Of a DNA stretch of 64,000 bases, positions 27,393 through 39,896 are shown one piece after another. The notes under the pieces are model-generated. The model saw only the letters and a list, made by a program, of their open reading frames with translations. It had not been told where the DNA came from and did no database searches. How positions within the stretch are numbered: the stretch's first letter is position 1; every line of letters starts with the position of its first letter. Source of the stretch: Sandaracinaceae bacterium (GTDB lineage Bacteria; Myxococcota_A; Polyangia; Polyangiales; Sandaracinaceae); the NCBI GenBank assembly GCA_044220955.1, contig JBGAQA010000026.1, positions 15,125 to 79,124 on the forward strand, read 5' to 3'. A program made the position numbers and the translations under genes.

Positions 27393-28600
27393 CGCGACCG
27401 CGCTCGCACCCTCGCTCGCGTGCGCATCGCGCGCGACCCCGCGGCCAGGACGATCGAGCAGGCCAGCGCGAGCGCGAGCGATCCCGAGGAGCCGCCGCCG
27501 GCCGAGACGGCGCAGCCGCTCCGGAGCGGACGAGCCGGGCTCGACCGCGCGGGCGCGAGCGGCATCGCGTCGCCCCCGAGCGGTGACGCGTCCGGCGTCC
27601 GGACCGGCGCGCCGGCATCGACGCGGGTCGCGCCCGTGTCCCGGGGCCCCGCGTCGCGCGGCCCCGCGTCCCGAGGCCCCGCGTCCCGCGCGCCTGCGTC
27701 TCTCGCGCCCGCGTCGTGCGCGCCTGCGTCCGGCGTCGGAACCGGCGTGCCGTCGAAGTAGAGCGCTCGGACCGCGGCGACGTCGCCGCGGCTGATCGTC
27801 GACCAGTCGTGCAGGAGCAGCCTGCCGTCGGCACGGGTGATCGAGGCGTGACCGTCGCTCGTCAGCGTGTACGAGCGGTAGTGCATGCTCGAGGTGATGT
27901 CGTAGGCCCCGATGCGTCGCGCGCCGCTCGTCATGATCTCGAACTGCGCGCGGCTCGCGCTCGGCACGTGGCTCCAGTGGATCGCCACGTGCGAGCCCCG
28001 ATCCGGCCGCGTGTGCTCGTGCCAGAGCCCGATCACGTGCCCCGTCTCGTGGACGATGACCCCGAGGTTGCACGGCGAGTAGCGCGAGGTGTCGCGCAGG
28101 TACACGTAGCGGCGCCCGCCGCTGTAGCCGGCCTGCGTGCGGCAGAGCGAGTTGCCGCGCTCCTCGAGGAAGGTCACGTAGGCCCGCTGGGTGGTCCGGG
28201 GCACGAAGCGCAGGCCCGTCGCCTCCCACGTCCGGATCGCCGTGCGCACGTTGCCGGGCGTCGTGACGCTCCCGTCGATCACGTAGGGAATGACGCCATG
28301 CGGCCAGAGGCGCGAGCTGCCGGACACGGCGAAGAGCCCCTCGACGGCGGCGCCCGCCACTGCACCGGCCTCGCTGACCTCCTGCTCGTCGTCGAGCACG
28401 ATGTCGCCCTCGAAGGTCCGGTGGCCTCCGATGGTCTGGTAGCGCAGCTCGACCTCCTCGCCCTCGATCACGAAGCGGCCGCTGCCGTCGACCGCCTCTT
28501 CCTCCGGCCAGCCGCCGAGCTCGCCCTCGATCTCCGCCGGCTCACCTGCGCACGCGGCCAGCGTCACGGCCATCGAGATAGACCAGAGGCGGCGTCGCAT
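27368..28600 (-). CDS. Astacin (M12A) metallopeptidase with MYXO-CTERM-like tail
   Basis: FEGDI propeptide, WP.GVIPY, HETGHVIGLWHEH, SSMHY Met-turn; C-terminal SGCAV + hydrophobic + Arg-rich. Confidence 0.9.
   Translation of the reverse strand: MRRRLWSISMAVTLAACAGEPAEIEGELGGWPEEEAVDGSGRFVIEGEEVELRYQTIGGHRTFEGDIVLDDEQEVSEAGAVAGAAVEGLFAVSGSSRLWPHGVIPYVIDGSVTTPGNVRTAIRTWEATGLRFVPRTTQRAYVTFLEERGNSLCRTQAGYSGGRRYVYLRDTSRYSPCNLGVIVHETGHVIGLWHEHTRPDRGSHVAIHWSHVPSASRAQFEIMTSGARRIGAYDITSSMHYRSYTLTSDGHASITRADGRLLLHDWSTISRGDVAAVRALYFDGTPVPTPDAGAHDAGARDAGARDAGPRDAGPRDAGPRDTGATRVDAGAPVRTPDASPLGGDAMPLAPARSSPARPLRSGCAVSAGGGSSGSLALALACSIVLAAGSRAMRTRARVRARSRQGARSTR
27641..27730 (-). repeat. Six 15-bp in-frame repeats encoding DAG(A/P)(R/H)
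   Basis: Period-15 units ending gcgtc on the + strand. Confidence 0.85.
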
Positions 28601-28802
28601 GCAGGGGCTGGGAGCAAGCGCCGAGCCTCCCCTCGAACGGCGCGCGGCGCGAGAGCGCGACCGGCGGGCCGCGCTCCGGAGGCCGAACTGCGACGTCCGG
28701 TCACGCCCGCCGTCGGAATCTGGACGGCGCTGCGCCCAGGCCCGAGCTGCGTCGGCCACGGACGTCCCCTCGGCGCGCGCCCTGCGCTAGCATCGCGCCG
28801 CC

Positions 28803-29661
28803 TTGCCGCTCCCGTTCCAGCGCCGGTTCGACGGCATCTTCTCGGCCACGCTGCACGGGATCGTCGATCGCCTCCGCGACGCGGCGCCCCCGCTCGCGCT
28901 GCCGCCCGGCGAGACCAGCGTCCGGGATGAAGCTCGACCTCGGCGACCTCGCGAGCGTCGACAAGCTCGCCGAGGAGCTGGCCGAGGACGGCGTCGTGCT
29001 CGACGTGCTCGTCCTCAACGCGGCGATCGTGGTCGAGCGCGCGCGCACGTCCCGACACGGCCTCGACGAGATGTTCCAGGTGAACTACCTCGCGAACTAC
29101 CTCTTCGTCCGCCGGCTGCTCGCCTCCGGCGTGATCGGCGGCGCGCACGACGACGGCGACCCCGACGACGGGCCGGCGGAGCGCTTCGCGCCACGCGTCG
29201 TGATGGTGTCGAGCGAGTCGTACCGCAGCGCTCGCCCGATCGACTGGCCACGCTTCGCGCAGCCGGCGACGTACGGGATGCGCGAGGTCGTCGCGGAGTA
29301 CGGGCACACCAAGCTCCTGCTCGAGACCTTCGCCGCCGAGCTCGCGCGCCGCGCGCCGGGCGTCTCGGTTCACACCAGCTGTCCCGGCGCGGTCGCGACC
29401 GACATCGCGCGCGAGTCGCCCGCGTGGGTCAAGCCCGTGCTCGCCCCGGTGATGAGGCGCTTCTTCAAGCCCGCCCCCGAGGGCGCGGTGCCCATCGTCT
29501 GGCTCGCCGCGAGCCGCTCGATCGAGGGCGAGACCGGCCTCTACGTGCACGTCAAGACGCGCAAGGAGCGCGACCCGCGCGCCTCCGATCCGCGCACCGG
29601 CCGCCGGCTCTGGGACGCCAGCGAGGCCGTCCTCACGCGGCTCGGGCGCGCGCTCGCCTGA
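28803..29661 (+). pseudogene. SDR (retinol-dehydrogenase-like) lacking its cofactor-binding N-terminus, with a frameshift near 28915-28927
   Basis: Frame change between the N-terminal ORF (TTG 28803) and the MKLDL...NAA...YGHTK segment; no TGxxxGxG in either frame. Confidence 0.7.
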
Positions 29662-30154
29662 GGGCCCGACCACCGACCTGACCCGCAGGACGACCTCGTC
29701 CCGCGCAGAGCCCGAGCGCGAGGAGCACGCCGAGCGCCACCCCGAGCGCGCCCGGCCGGGTCCGCCCACCTCCCGGCGCATGGCACGCGCAGGAGGACGG
29801 CGCCTCGTCCACGCAGCGCAGCGCCCGCTCGCAGCGCCCGCGCGCACAGCTGCCGTCGGCGCCGCACTCGGAGAGCGCGATCACCACGGCGTGCGCCGGA
29901 CGCCCCATCCACTGCCGCGACGCGTCCTCGACGCAGAGCGGGACCTCGGCGCACGCGCGGGCCTCGTCGTGGCGCGTGCACGTCGCGTCGTCGGCGCACG
30001 TCGTCGCCTCGCAGTAGGGCCCGGTGTGATCGGCGGTCAGCCGCGCGCCACGCGGACACGCCATCGCCGGCATCTCGATCCCGTCCGCGCGCGCGGCGGC
30101 CGCGAGGCCGAGCACGAGCCCCGAGCCCAGCACCAGCGCGCTCACGCGCCGCAA
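29633..30154 (-). CDS. Small Cys-rich secreted protein with MYXO-CTERM-like tail
   Basis: Signal ending ARA-D; SSCAC + hydrophobic + basic tail. Confidence 0.65.
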   Translation of the reverse strand: MRRVSALVLGSGLVLGLAAAARADGIEMPAMACPRGARLTADHTGPYCEATTCADDATCTRHDEARACAEVPLCVEDASRQWMGRPAHAVVIALSECGADGSCARGRCERALRCVDEAPSSCACHAPGGGRTRPGALGVALGVLLALGLCAGRGRPAGQVGGRALRRARARAA

Positions 30155-30155
30155 G

Positions 30156-30557
30156 TCACCCTCCCACGACGACGAGCACGTCGTCCGCGGTGCCCGCGGC
30201 CCCGTCCGCGCCGGACGAGCGCGCGGTCACCGTCGCGCCGGTGCACTCGATCGACCAGGGGCGCCCCCACTCGTCGCGGTCGTCGCCGGGTACGAGCAAG
30301 CCCGCCGCGGACAGCGACTCCAGGGTCGGACAGCTGCCGGGACCGTGCTCGATCTGCCAGCGCTCGATGGCGTAGCGCACGCCCGAGGCGGCGGGGCTCT
30401 CGATCGGCCCGGGCGTGCTGGTCGAGGTCGACGTCGATGGTCGATTCGCCTCGCCCACGACCGCGAGGCCGAACACGCCGGCGAGCAGAAGGCACACCCC
30501 GCCGCCGACGAAGAGGAAGAACACCCCCGCGATCAAGAGCCCCGCCCGCTTGCTCAT
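30156..30557 (-). CDS. Small membrane protein with GspG (T2SS pseudopilin) C-terminal-like motif
   Basis: N-terminal TM; DEWGRPW...SSGADG..GTADD. Confidence 0.7.
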   Translation of the reverse strand: MSKRAGLLIAGVFFLFVGGGVCLLLAGVFGLAVVGEANRPSTSTSTSTPGPIESPAASGVRYAIERWQIEHGPGSCPTLESLSAAGLLVPGDDRDEWGRPWSIECTGATVTARSSGADGAAGTADDVLVVVGG

Positions 30558-30725
30558 CGCTTCCTCCGAAACGCGCCGGACGCCGACGCGCGCACGAGGG
30601 TATCCGCCGCGAACGTGCGTGTCGCGGCGCGGAGGCCCCGAGATCGCGCGAGGTGCGCGTGCGCAACTGGCCTCGCCGTGGTCGGGATCCGTTGACGCGC
30701 GGCGGGCGCTTCGCGACGATGCCGC

Positions 30726-31655
30726 ATGCGTCGAGGGCTGGGGAGCACCGTGGCGGCGTTCGTGCTGGTCGCCTGTTCGGGGAGCGCTGCGTCACCTGGC
30801 GCCCCGGAGCCGCCGGCTCCGCCGCCGCCCGATGGCCCGTGCGCGCAGGACGCCGAGTGCATCCTCGTCACGCTGGGGTCGTGCGGCTGCGGAGCCGTGC
30901 TCGCGAGCGCCTCGCGCGGCGCCGACATGGGCCAGGAGTGCTTCGTCGATCCCTGCGGATCCCGCGAGGCCTTCTGCGACACGTCCGCCCGTCGCTGCGG
31001 CGCGCGGGCGCACACCGAGACGCCGCCGCCGCCGCCGCTCACCGACTACACCGTGACGACGACGACGACCGACTTCGGCGCGGCCCTGCACGAGCACGAC
31101 ACGCTGATCGTCCGCTCGGACGGGGAGGTCACGCTCCGCGCGCCCGGTGGCGGGGAGCGCACGCTGGAGGTCGCGCCCTCCGAGCTCGACGCGCTCGCGG
31201 TCGCGCTCGCTGACCCCGCGTTCGGGGCGCTCGCGTCGACCGAGCTGCCCGGCGAGGGTGTCCTCACGAGCGTCTCCGTCGAGTCCCCCCGCCTCACGCT
31301 CGCGCTGCACTTCTCCCATCCGACGCCGCCCGGTGCGGCCGGCGTGCTCGGCGCGCTCGCGCACGTCGAGCAGCTCGCCGAGACCCACGCCCCCGAGGCG
31401 GCGACCGCGCCCGCGTGCGCGACGGACGCGGAGTGCACGGCGGCGGAGTGCGGCTGCGCGCGCTGCGTCGTGCGTCACGTGAGCGAGCAAGCGCCGCGGG
31501 GGTGCGCGCCGGGGCGGTGCGTGGCCTCGCCGTGCGCGACCCAGGCCGTGTGCGACCCGGCGACGCACCGCTGCCGGCTCCCGCTGCCCGGCGCGCCGGT
31601 GCCCACCGCGCCGCTCGCAGCTCCCGACGATCTCCCGCTCCCGACGAGCTCCTGA
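30726..31655 (+). CDS. Cys-rich lipoprotein
   Basis: LVAC lipobox; two C..DAEC modules; TTGACG-N17-GACGAT upstream. Confidence 0.7.
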   Translation: MRRGLGSTVAAFVLVACSGSAASPGAPEPPAPPPPDGPCAQDAECILVTLGSCGCGAVLASASRGADMGQECFVDPCGSREAFCDTSARRCGARAHTETPPPPPLTDYTVTTTTTDFGAALHEHDTLIVRSDGEVTLRAPGGGERTLEVAPSELDALAVALADPAFGALASTELPGEGVLTSVSVESPRLTLALHFSHPTPPGAAGVLGALAHVEQLAETHAPEAATAPACATDAECTAAECGCARCVVRHVSEQAPRGCAPGRCVASPCATQAVCDPATHRCRLPLPGAPVPTAPLAAPDDLPLPTSS

Positions 31656-31673
31656 TCCGCCTCCGAGCAGCCC

Positions 31674-32318
31674 TCAGCGCTCCGGGTCGGCGATGGGCAG
31701 CCAGATCTCGTTGCGGCGCAGCGCCGGCATGGTGGTCGGCGGATCGTAGCGAGAGGACACGGGCGCGCCGCCCGGCGTGATGCCCTCGCGCTCGAGCGCT
31801 TCGCGCAGCTCGCTCGTGCGCTGCTCGACGATCTCGTCGCTCGTCGCGCCGCCGTACGTGAGCACCGCGATCGTGCGCGCCGGCACCTCGCGGAGCGTCA
31901 CGAGCGCGTCGTCCGGCACGGGCAAGGACGCGAGCGTGCGCCCGGGCGGCATGACGAAGGTGACGACGCGCTCGCCGCCCTCGCTCGCGACCGTGACCGG
32001 CGCGGTCATCGCCAGCCGCTCGCTCTCGACCACGACGGGCGTCGTCATGGCGATCGACTCACGCCGCCGGTTGCCCCCGAAGATGTAGCCCGCGAGCCGG
32101 CGGAAGCCCGCGTCGCTCGCCGCGTCGAGCGAGCCGCTCACGCGCGTCTCGGCCACGACCATCGGCTCGTACCGCCGCAGCTCGATCGTCGGTCCGAGGC
32201 GCCGAGCCACGGTGAAGGACGGCTCCCGGACGAAGTGCCGGGCGCCCTGCCAGCGCGCGACGATCGCGCCGCCTGCGACCACGAGCGCACCGACGACGAG
32301 CTTCGCGGCGAGACGCAT
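31674..32318 (-). CDS. SOUL family heme-binding protein
   Basis: GFRRLAGYIFGGN, IAMTTPV, FVMP, YDPP, RRNEIW. Confidence 0.9.
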   Translation of the reverse strand: MRLAAKLVVGALVVAGGAIVARWQGARHFVREPSFTVARRLGPTIELRRYEPMVVAETRVSGSLDAASDAGFRRLAGYIFGGNRRRESIAMTTPVVVESERLAMTAPVTVASEGGERVVTFVMPPGRTLASLPVPDDALVTLREVPARTIAVLTYGGATSDEIVEQRTSELREALEREGITPGGAPVSSRYDPPTTMPALRRNEIWLPIADPER

Positions 32319-32451
32319 ACGCGGTCTGTAGGACCCGAGAGCGCGATCGCAAGCGTGCGCGCGCTGCGCAAAGGCCTGCACAGCACGAGCACCATCGGTC
32401 CGACACCCGATGGCCGGCCCTACCGCATCGCGTCATGGTACGGATGCGCCG

Positions 32452-33075
32452 ATGGATCGATTGATCCTGGTGGAGGATCATCCGCTCATGTTCGTGGGCC
32501 TGAGGCGGCTCGCGCGCGAGTCGCGGCTCACCGTCGTGGGCGAGGTCACGACCGTCGCGGACGCCGACGCCGTGCTCGCGCGCGAGCTCGCGCCGGGCGC
32601 GAGGCCGATGCTCGGCATCATCGACGTGCAGCTCCCGGACGGATCCGGGATCGACCTCGTGCGGCGCTGGGCCCCGCACGGGCTGCGCGCGGTGGTGCTC
32701 ACGGGCGAGGTGAGCGCGGCGCGGGTCGGCGCCGCGCTCGGGGCCGGCGCGCTGGGCTTCGTCGCCAAGACCGCGCCCCCCGAGATCGTCGCCGAGGCGC
32801 TGGGCGCCGCCGCCCGGGGCGCCCAGTATCTCTGCGTCCGCGCGAGGGAGATCGTCGAGCAGCGCGCGGCCGATGCCTCGCTGACCGCCCGCGAGACGGA
32901 GGTCCTCGTGCTGGTCGCCTCGGGGCTCGCGAACAAGGAGATCGCCGAGCGCCTCGGGGTGGCCCCGCGCACCATCGAGACGCACCGCGAGCACCTCCTC
33001 GACAAGGTCGGCGCTCGCAACGCGGCCGACCTCACGCGCGAGGCGATCCGCCGGGGTCTCTTGCCGCGCCCCTGA
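32452..33075 (+). CDS. NarL/LuxR-type response regulator
   Basis: EDH, IIDVQLPDG, LTARETEVL...NKEIA...TIETHR. Confidence 0.93.
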   Translation: MDRLILVEDHPLMFVGLRRLARESRLTVVGEVTTVADADAVLARELAPGARPMLGIIDVQLPDGSGIDLVRRWAPHGLRAVVLTGEVSAARVGAALGAGALGFVAKTAPPEIVAEALGAAARGAQYLCVRAREIVEQRAADASLTARETEVLVLVASGLANKEIAERLGVAPRTIETHREHLLDKVGARNAADLTREAIRRGLLPRP

Positions 33076-33171
33076 GCCCGCCGCGCGCGGGGCCCCGAGC
33101 TCCACCCGTGTCGGGTCGAGTCCCGATGACACCGCGGCGTCGCCGTGTGAGCTTTGCACCACGGTGGTGAG

Positions 33172-35559
<2,388 letters not shown>

Positions 35560-35702
35560 AGGGGCCGCGTATCGGCCCCGACAGACCGAGCAGCGCCGCC
35601 CGACGCCCACACTGCGCGCTCGACAGCCCGACTGGACGCGCGCAGCATCGATCACGGGATGGGCGGAGACGGGAAAGAGCTTCGAGGGCCGGGGGGCGGC
35701 TG

Positions 35703-35942
35703 GTGAGCCCACCGACGACGCGCGACGATCCACCCCCGGCGGCTCCCACGCGGCGCCGGTGGGAGGTGCTGTTGCCGCGGGAGGACGTCGCGCAGCTGCT
35801 CGCGGACCGTCGCCTCGGCGAGCTGCTCGCCCGGCTGGGCGAGGCGCGCGCGCGCTGGCCCCGCGACCTCGAGCTCCTGCGGAGCATCCGCGTCCTCGAG
35901 GACTACCTCCGCTCGCACCCGGAGCGTGACGATCGCCGGTAG
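35703..35942 (+). CDS. Small hypothetical protein
   Basis: 79 aa, helical amphipathic composition, fills an intergenic gap. Confidence 0.5.
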   Translation: MSPPTTRDDPPPAAPTRRRWEVLLPREDVAQLLADRRLGELLARLGEARARWPRDLELLRSIRVLEDYLRSHPERDDRR

Positions 35943-35975
35943 CCGCGGATCGACGAACGCAGAGCGGCGCGGGGC

Positions 35976-36926
35976 TCACTCGGGCGCGTCGAGCGGCGTC
36001 ACGGTCGCGCCGAGCCGTGCGACCGCGTCGCGCAGCTCGGGCTCGTAGGTCAGCGTCGGGTCGTTCAAGGCCGCCAGCAAGCGCGCCTTGCCCATCCGCG
36101 AGGTCGCGCGCGCGCGCAGCCCGGCGTGCTCGTCGAGCAGCGCGGCCTCGAAGAGGACGTGCCGCTGCCACGCGTAGTCCTTGTGCAGCCGTGTGCGCCC
36201 CTCGTGTGCGTACGTCGCGTCCGGGACGAGCCCCGCGTACTGCGCGACCACGCGCGGGCCCACCACGGCGAGCGCACGGTCGACGTAGGTGCGCGCGAGG
36301 GCCAGCAGCGAGGCATCCGGCACGGCGCCAGGCCTGGGCTTCTTGACCTTGCGGAAGACGCACGCGTCCTTTCCCTCGAAGCGGAGGCGAAGCGCCCGCG
36401 CGGCGCGCGTGAGCGCGAGCAGGCGGAAGTCGTCCGGCGTTCCGTGGTCGTAGATCGAGCCCGTCAGCCGCAGATACCCGGGCAGCGTCGCCTGCCCGAG
36501 GGCCTCGGCGAACCTCCGCTCGCCGGCCTCCGACTCGCCCAGCGCGAGCAAGCTCTCGGCGTAGTAGAGCTGCAAGAGCGCGTGCTCGCGCTCCGCCGTC
36601 ATCGGCTCCCCGGTCCGGTCCCAAGGCACGGAGATCCACACCCCGACCGGCGTCGCCGGCCGCGCGGCGATCACGGGCGCGAGGAACGCGCGCGCCTCCG
36701 GGTAGGCATGACAGCTCCATGCGGCGCGTCCGCCCGTCGCGAGCGGGGAGAGCGCCGCCGGGTCGGTCTCGACGAGCGCGAGCAGCGGCGCCTCCACGTG
36801 CCCGAACATCGGGAAGAGCTTGGTCGTGCCGCCGGCGTTCGCGAACAGGCTCGCGAGCAGCCGGCACGCGTCGGGGTTTCCGGGAACCAGCGAGGGCGCG
36901 AGGCTCTTGGCGGTCGGGCTCGTCAC
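35976..36926 (-). CDS. Hypothetical protein (helical, TPR-like segments)
   Basis: Protein-like composition; TACTCT 7 nt upstream of GTG. Confidence 0.65.
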   Translation of the reverse strand: MTSPTAKSLAPSLVPGNPDACRLLASLFANAGGTTKLFPMFGHVEAPLLALVETDPAALSPLATGGRAAWSCHAYPEARAFLAPVIAARPATPVGVWISVPWDRTGEPMTAEREHALLQLYYAESLLALGESEAGERRFAEALGQATLPGYLRLTGSIYDHGTPDDFRLLALTRAARALRLRFEGKDACVFRKVKKPRPGAVPDASLLALARTYVDRALAVVGPRVVAQYAGLVPDATYAHEGRTRLHKDYAWQRHVLFEAALLDEHAGLRARATSRMGKARLLAALNDPTLTYEPELRDAVARLGATVTPLDAPE

Positions 36927-37006
36927 GCGCGGGAGAGTAGTCGATCCGGCCGGCGCGCTCCCGACGCGCCTGTACGCCGCGGCGGCCGCTCGGGTATCGT
37001 CCGGCG

Positions 37007-38341
37007 ATGGCTGGTCGCTTTCTCTACGGTGACTCCGAGCCGTTCCCCGGGGGCTACGACTTCCTCGCGGCGCTGCGCCTCTTCGTGCAGGCCTCGAGCA
37101 AGGCGCTCCTGCTCGCGCACGAGGCCGACGAGCTCGAGCGCTCGCTCGGCGAGCGCGCGCAGGAGCACCTTCACGCGATCGACGCGATCCAGACGTTCTT
37201 CTCGGGCGCCTCGGACCTGATCGTCGAGCGCGCGACCCGCTCCTCGGCGCCGCAGGTCGTCGGGCCCTACGCGAGCCAGCTCGCCGAGCACATCGAGTCG
37301 CTCGGCGCGCAGGCGCGGGCGGCCAGGGCCAAGGAGCTCGACGGCGCGTCCGTCGAGGTCACCTCCCGCATCCGCGAGAAGCGGGCGGAGATCCGCAAGG
37401 TCGTGGGCGAGTACCTGCTGGGCGATCCCTTGCCGATCGTGTCGTGGGCGCTTTCGCTCAGCCTCGCCGGCACGTCACCCAACGGGCAGGCCGTGCTCGA
37501 GCACCCGGGCGAGCTCTCGACGAGCGTGTCGATCGACATCGGGCGCGACACGGCGTGGGCACGACCGCGGCGCATCGGCGACCTCGCGCCCGGCCTCACG
37601 ATGCAGGTCGGCTTCAAGAAGGCCTTCCTGCGCAGCTCGGTGCAGCCCGACGTCGTCACGCTCGACGAGCTGGTGATCGGCGCGATCGAGATCGGCCCCG
37701 ACTCGCTCGATCTGCACCTGCGCCGCAAGCTCGACGCGCCGCGCGACGCGTTCGTGATCACCGTCGATCCGACGGACGAGGGCCGCTCGATCGTGCGCGT
37801 CACGCGGATGGACGAGCGAGGCGGCGGCAACAGCGATGCGCCCTTCGAGTCGCAGGGCGAAGCGGCCGCGCGCATCCTGGAGCTGAACGCGGTGCTGCGG
37901 CGCGAGTGCGCGAGCCTGCTCCAGTACAAGCGTCGCCTGCTCTCGGCGCAGCTCGACGGACACGAGGTGTTCGAGCGCGGGCTCGTGCAGGTCCTGCTCG
38001 CGCGCATCGCCGACCGCCTCGCGCCCGTGGCGGCGGAGGTGTCGCGCCACAGCCCGAACCCGAGCGAGCTCTCGCTGAAGCTCGAGCGCGAGGGCGGGCG
38101 CAGAGAAGAGGTCTACCTGCGCAAGGCCGACCTCGTGCAGATGATCGGCGGCCTGCCGCCCGACGCGCAGCAGCTCTACGTGGGCCTGGCGTTCATGCCC
38201 CGCGCGAGCGCGCCGGCTCACGAGCCCGCCGTGGCGCCCCCGGCGCTCGCCCCTCTGCCGGCCTCCTCGGCACCCGCGAGCGTCCCGCCCGCGGCCGTTC
38301 GCCCGAGCGCGGCCCCGCCCGCTCCGAAGCGCAAGTGGTGA
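37007..38341 (+). CDS. Hypothetical cytoplasmic protein, coiled-coil N-terminus
   Basis: Strong GC3 codon bias; TATCGT-N6-ATG; Pro/Ala tail. Confidence 0.8.
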   Translation: MAGRFLYGDSEPFPGGYDFLAALRLFVQASSKALLLAHEADELERSLGERAQEHLHAIDAIQTFFSGASDLIVERATRSSAPQVVGPYASQLAEHIESLGAQARAARAKELDGASVEVTSRIREKRAEIRKVVGEYLLGDPLPIVSWALSLSLAGTSPNGQAVLEHPGELSTSVSIDIGRDTAWARPRRIGDLAPGLTMQVGFKKAFLRSSVQPDVVTLDELVIGAIEIGPDSLDLHLRRKLDAPRDAFVITVDPTDEGRSIVRVTRMDERGGGNSDAPFESQGEAAARILELNAVLRRECASLLQYKRRLLSAQLDGHEVFERGLVQVLLARIADRLAPVAAEVSRHSPNPSELSLKLEREGGRREEVYLRKADLVQMIGGLPPDAQQLYVGLAFMPRASAPAHEPAVAPPALAPLPASSAPASVPPAAVRPSAAPPAPKRKW

Positions 38342-38351
38342 GGGGCCTGCC

Positions 38352-38933
38352 ATGCTCTTCGTGAAGAAGGCCGCGCTGCGCCCGGTCCCGCGGTGGGCGG
38401 TGGTGGACGACGTCGCGGTCGGCGCCGTCGAGGCCACGCTCGGCGACGAGAGCGATCAGCTCCAGGAGACGCTCGACGCCTCCTACCGCGAGATGGATCG
38501 CAAGCAGCCTGCGCTCGCGACGTGGCTCGGCGGCGAGGTGTCGGGGCGCAGCGACGACCTCGCGCAGTCGCTCGGATACTTCCTGATCGTGACGGTCTAC
38601 ATGGCGTTCCGCGAGGCGTTCCCCACGCGCCTCGGCGAGGTGACCGAGGCCGAGCTGACCGAGGCGCGCGCGATGCTCGACGCCGACGAGGAGCTCCGCA
38701 AGGGTGACCCCGCGGAGATGATGGAGAGCGACGACGTGGTCGCGATGACGCAGCCGACCCTGCTCCACTTCGTGCAGCACCACCTCGACCAGGCGCTCGA
38801 TCAGGCGGGAGAGGCCGCGGACCTGCGCGCGTTCGATCAGGTGTATCGCGCGGTGCTCGTCGAGGTGATCGCGCTCAGCCACGTCGTCTCGCCGCCCGAG
38901 GGCGAGCCCCCGGCGAAGGAGAGCCTCGACTGA
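38352..38933 (+). CDS. Acidic helical hypothetical protein
   Basis: 10 nt after the upstream stop; strong codon bias. Confidence 0.8.
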   Translation: MLFVKKAALRPVPRWAVVDDVAVGAVEATLGDESDQLQETLDASYREMDRKQPALATWLGGEVSGRSDDLAQSLGYFLIVTVYMAFREAFPTRLGEVTEAELTEARAMLDADEELRKGDPAEMMESDDVVAMTQPTLLHFVQHHLDQALDQAGEAADLRAFDQVYRAVLVEVIALSHVVSPPEGEPPAKESLD

Positions 38934-38955
38934 AGGCGCGACGCCCTCCGTCGCA

Positions 38956-39843
38956 TCAGGCCGTGCCGCCGGTCTCGAAGCTGCCGCCCGGGCCACGCTC
39001 CAGCTCCGCGATGACCTGCGCGCCGAAGAGCACGATGATCGCGGCGAGCTCGAGCGAGAGCAGCACGATCACGGTGGTCGCGAGCGAGCCGTAGACCACG
39101 TTGATCATCGAGAGCCGCGCGAGGTACCAGACGAGGATCGAGCGCGTGATCTCCCAGAGCGCGGTCGCCGTGACGCCGCCCGCGAGCGCGTGGCGGAGCC
39201 TGAGCCGTCCGACCGGGAGCACGAGGTAGAGCGCCGTGAGCAGGAGCGCCAGCCCGACGAAGCCGACGCCGTGCAGCACGAGCCGCGACACGCCGGCGAG
39301 CGGGAACGCGTGCCCGAGCACCACCACGACGTCGCGCCCGACGACGTCGAGCGCGCCGCTGATCAGCGTCACCACGAGCAGGCCGATGCCGAGGGCCGCG
39401 ACGAAGAGGTAGGGCAGGACTCCCGAGACGAGCGCGTGCCGGTGCTGCTTCTCCACGCGGTGGAAGAAGATCACCGACATCGCGCTCTCGAGCACCGAGA
39501 ACGCCGTGCCCGAGAAGAAGAGGAGCACGAGCCCGCCGACGATCCCGACGACCGGCCGGTGCGCGAGGAACGCCCCGACCTGCGCCGTGACGGCGTCGGC
39601 CTGGCCGGGCAGGACGAGATCGAGGTTCTCGCGCACGGTCGCGAGCAGCCGCGCCTGATCCATGAACTGCGAGAGCCCGACGAGGAGCACGACGAAGAGG
39701 GGCACCAGCGAGATCAGCGTGTAGTACGCGACCGCGCCCGCGAGCAGCAGGCCCTGGTTGCGCCGGAACGCGGTGACGGAGCGGCCGAGCACGCCGAGGC
39801 CGCGCCGGGCGAGCTCGAGCGGCTGGATCCGGGGTGACGACAT
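38956..39843 (-). CDS. YihY/BrkB family membrane protein
   Basis: LAGAVAYY.L.SL.P, YGSLA; about 6 TMs. Confidence 0.9.
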   Translation of the reverse strand: MSSPRIQPLELARRGLGVLGRSVTAFRRNQGLLLAGAVAYYTLISLVPLFVVLLVGLSQFMDQARLLATVRENLDLVLPGQADAVTAQVGAFLAHRPVVGIVGGLVLLFFSGTAFSVLESAMSVIFFHRVEKQHRHALVSGVLPYLFVAALGIGLLVVTLISGALDVVGRDVVVVLGHAFPLAGVSRLVLHGVGFVGLALLLTALYLVLPVGRLRLRHALAGGVTATALWEITRSILVWYLARLSMINVVYGSLATTVIVLLSLELAAIIVLFGAQVIAELERGPGGSFETGGTA

Positions 39844-39896
39844 CGCGGGCCCTCGGTGCCTACGCACGGCGGCCGAGCCCGGCAGGGGCGTCGTCG

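Noticed and set aside
30156..30557. Type II secretion gene cluster
   Set aside because: Lone GspG-like domain without a prepilin GFTLxE motif or other gsp genes
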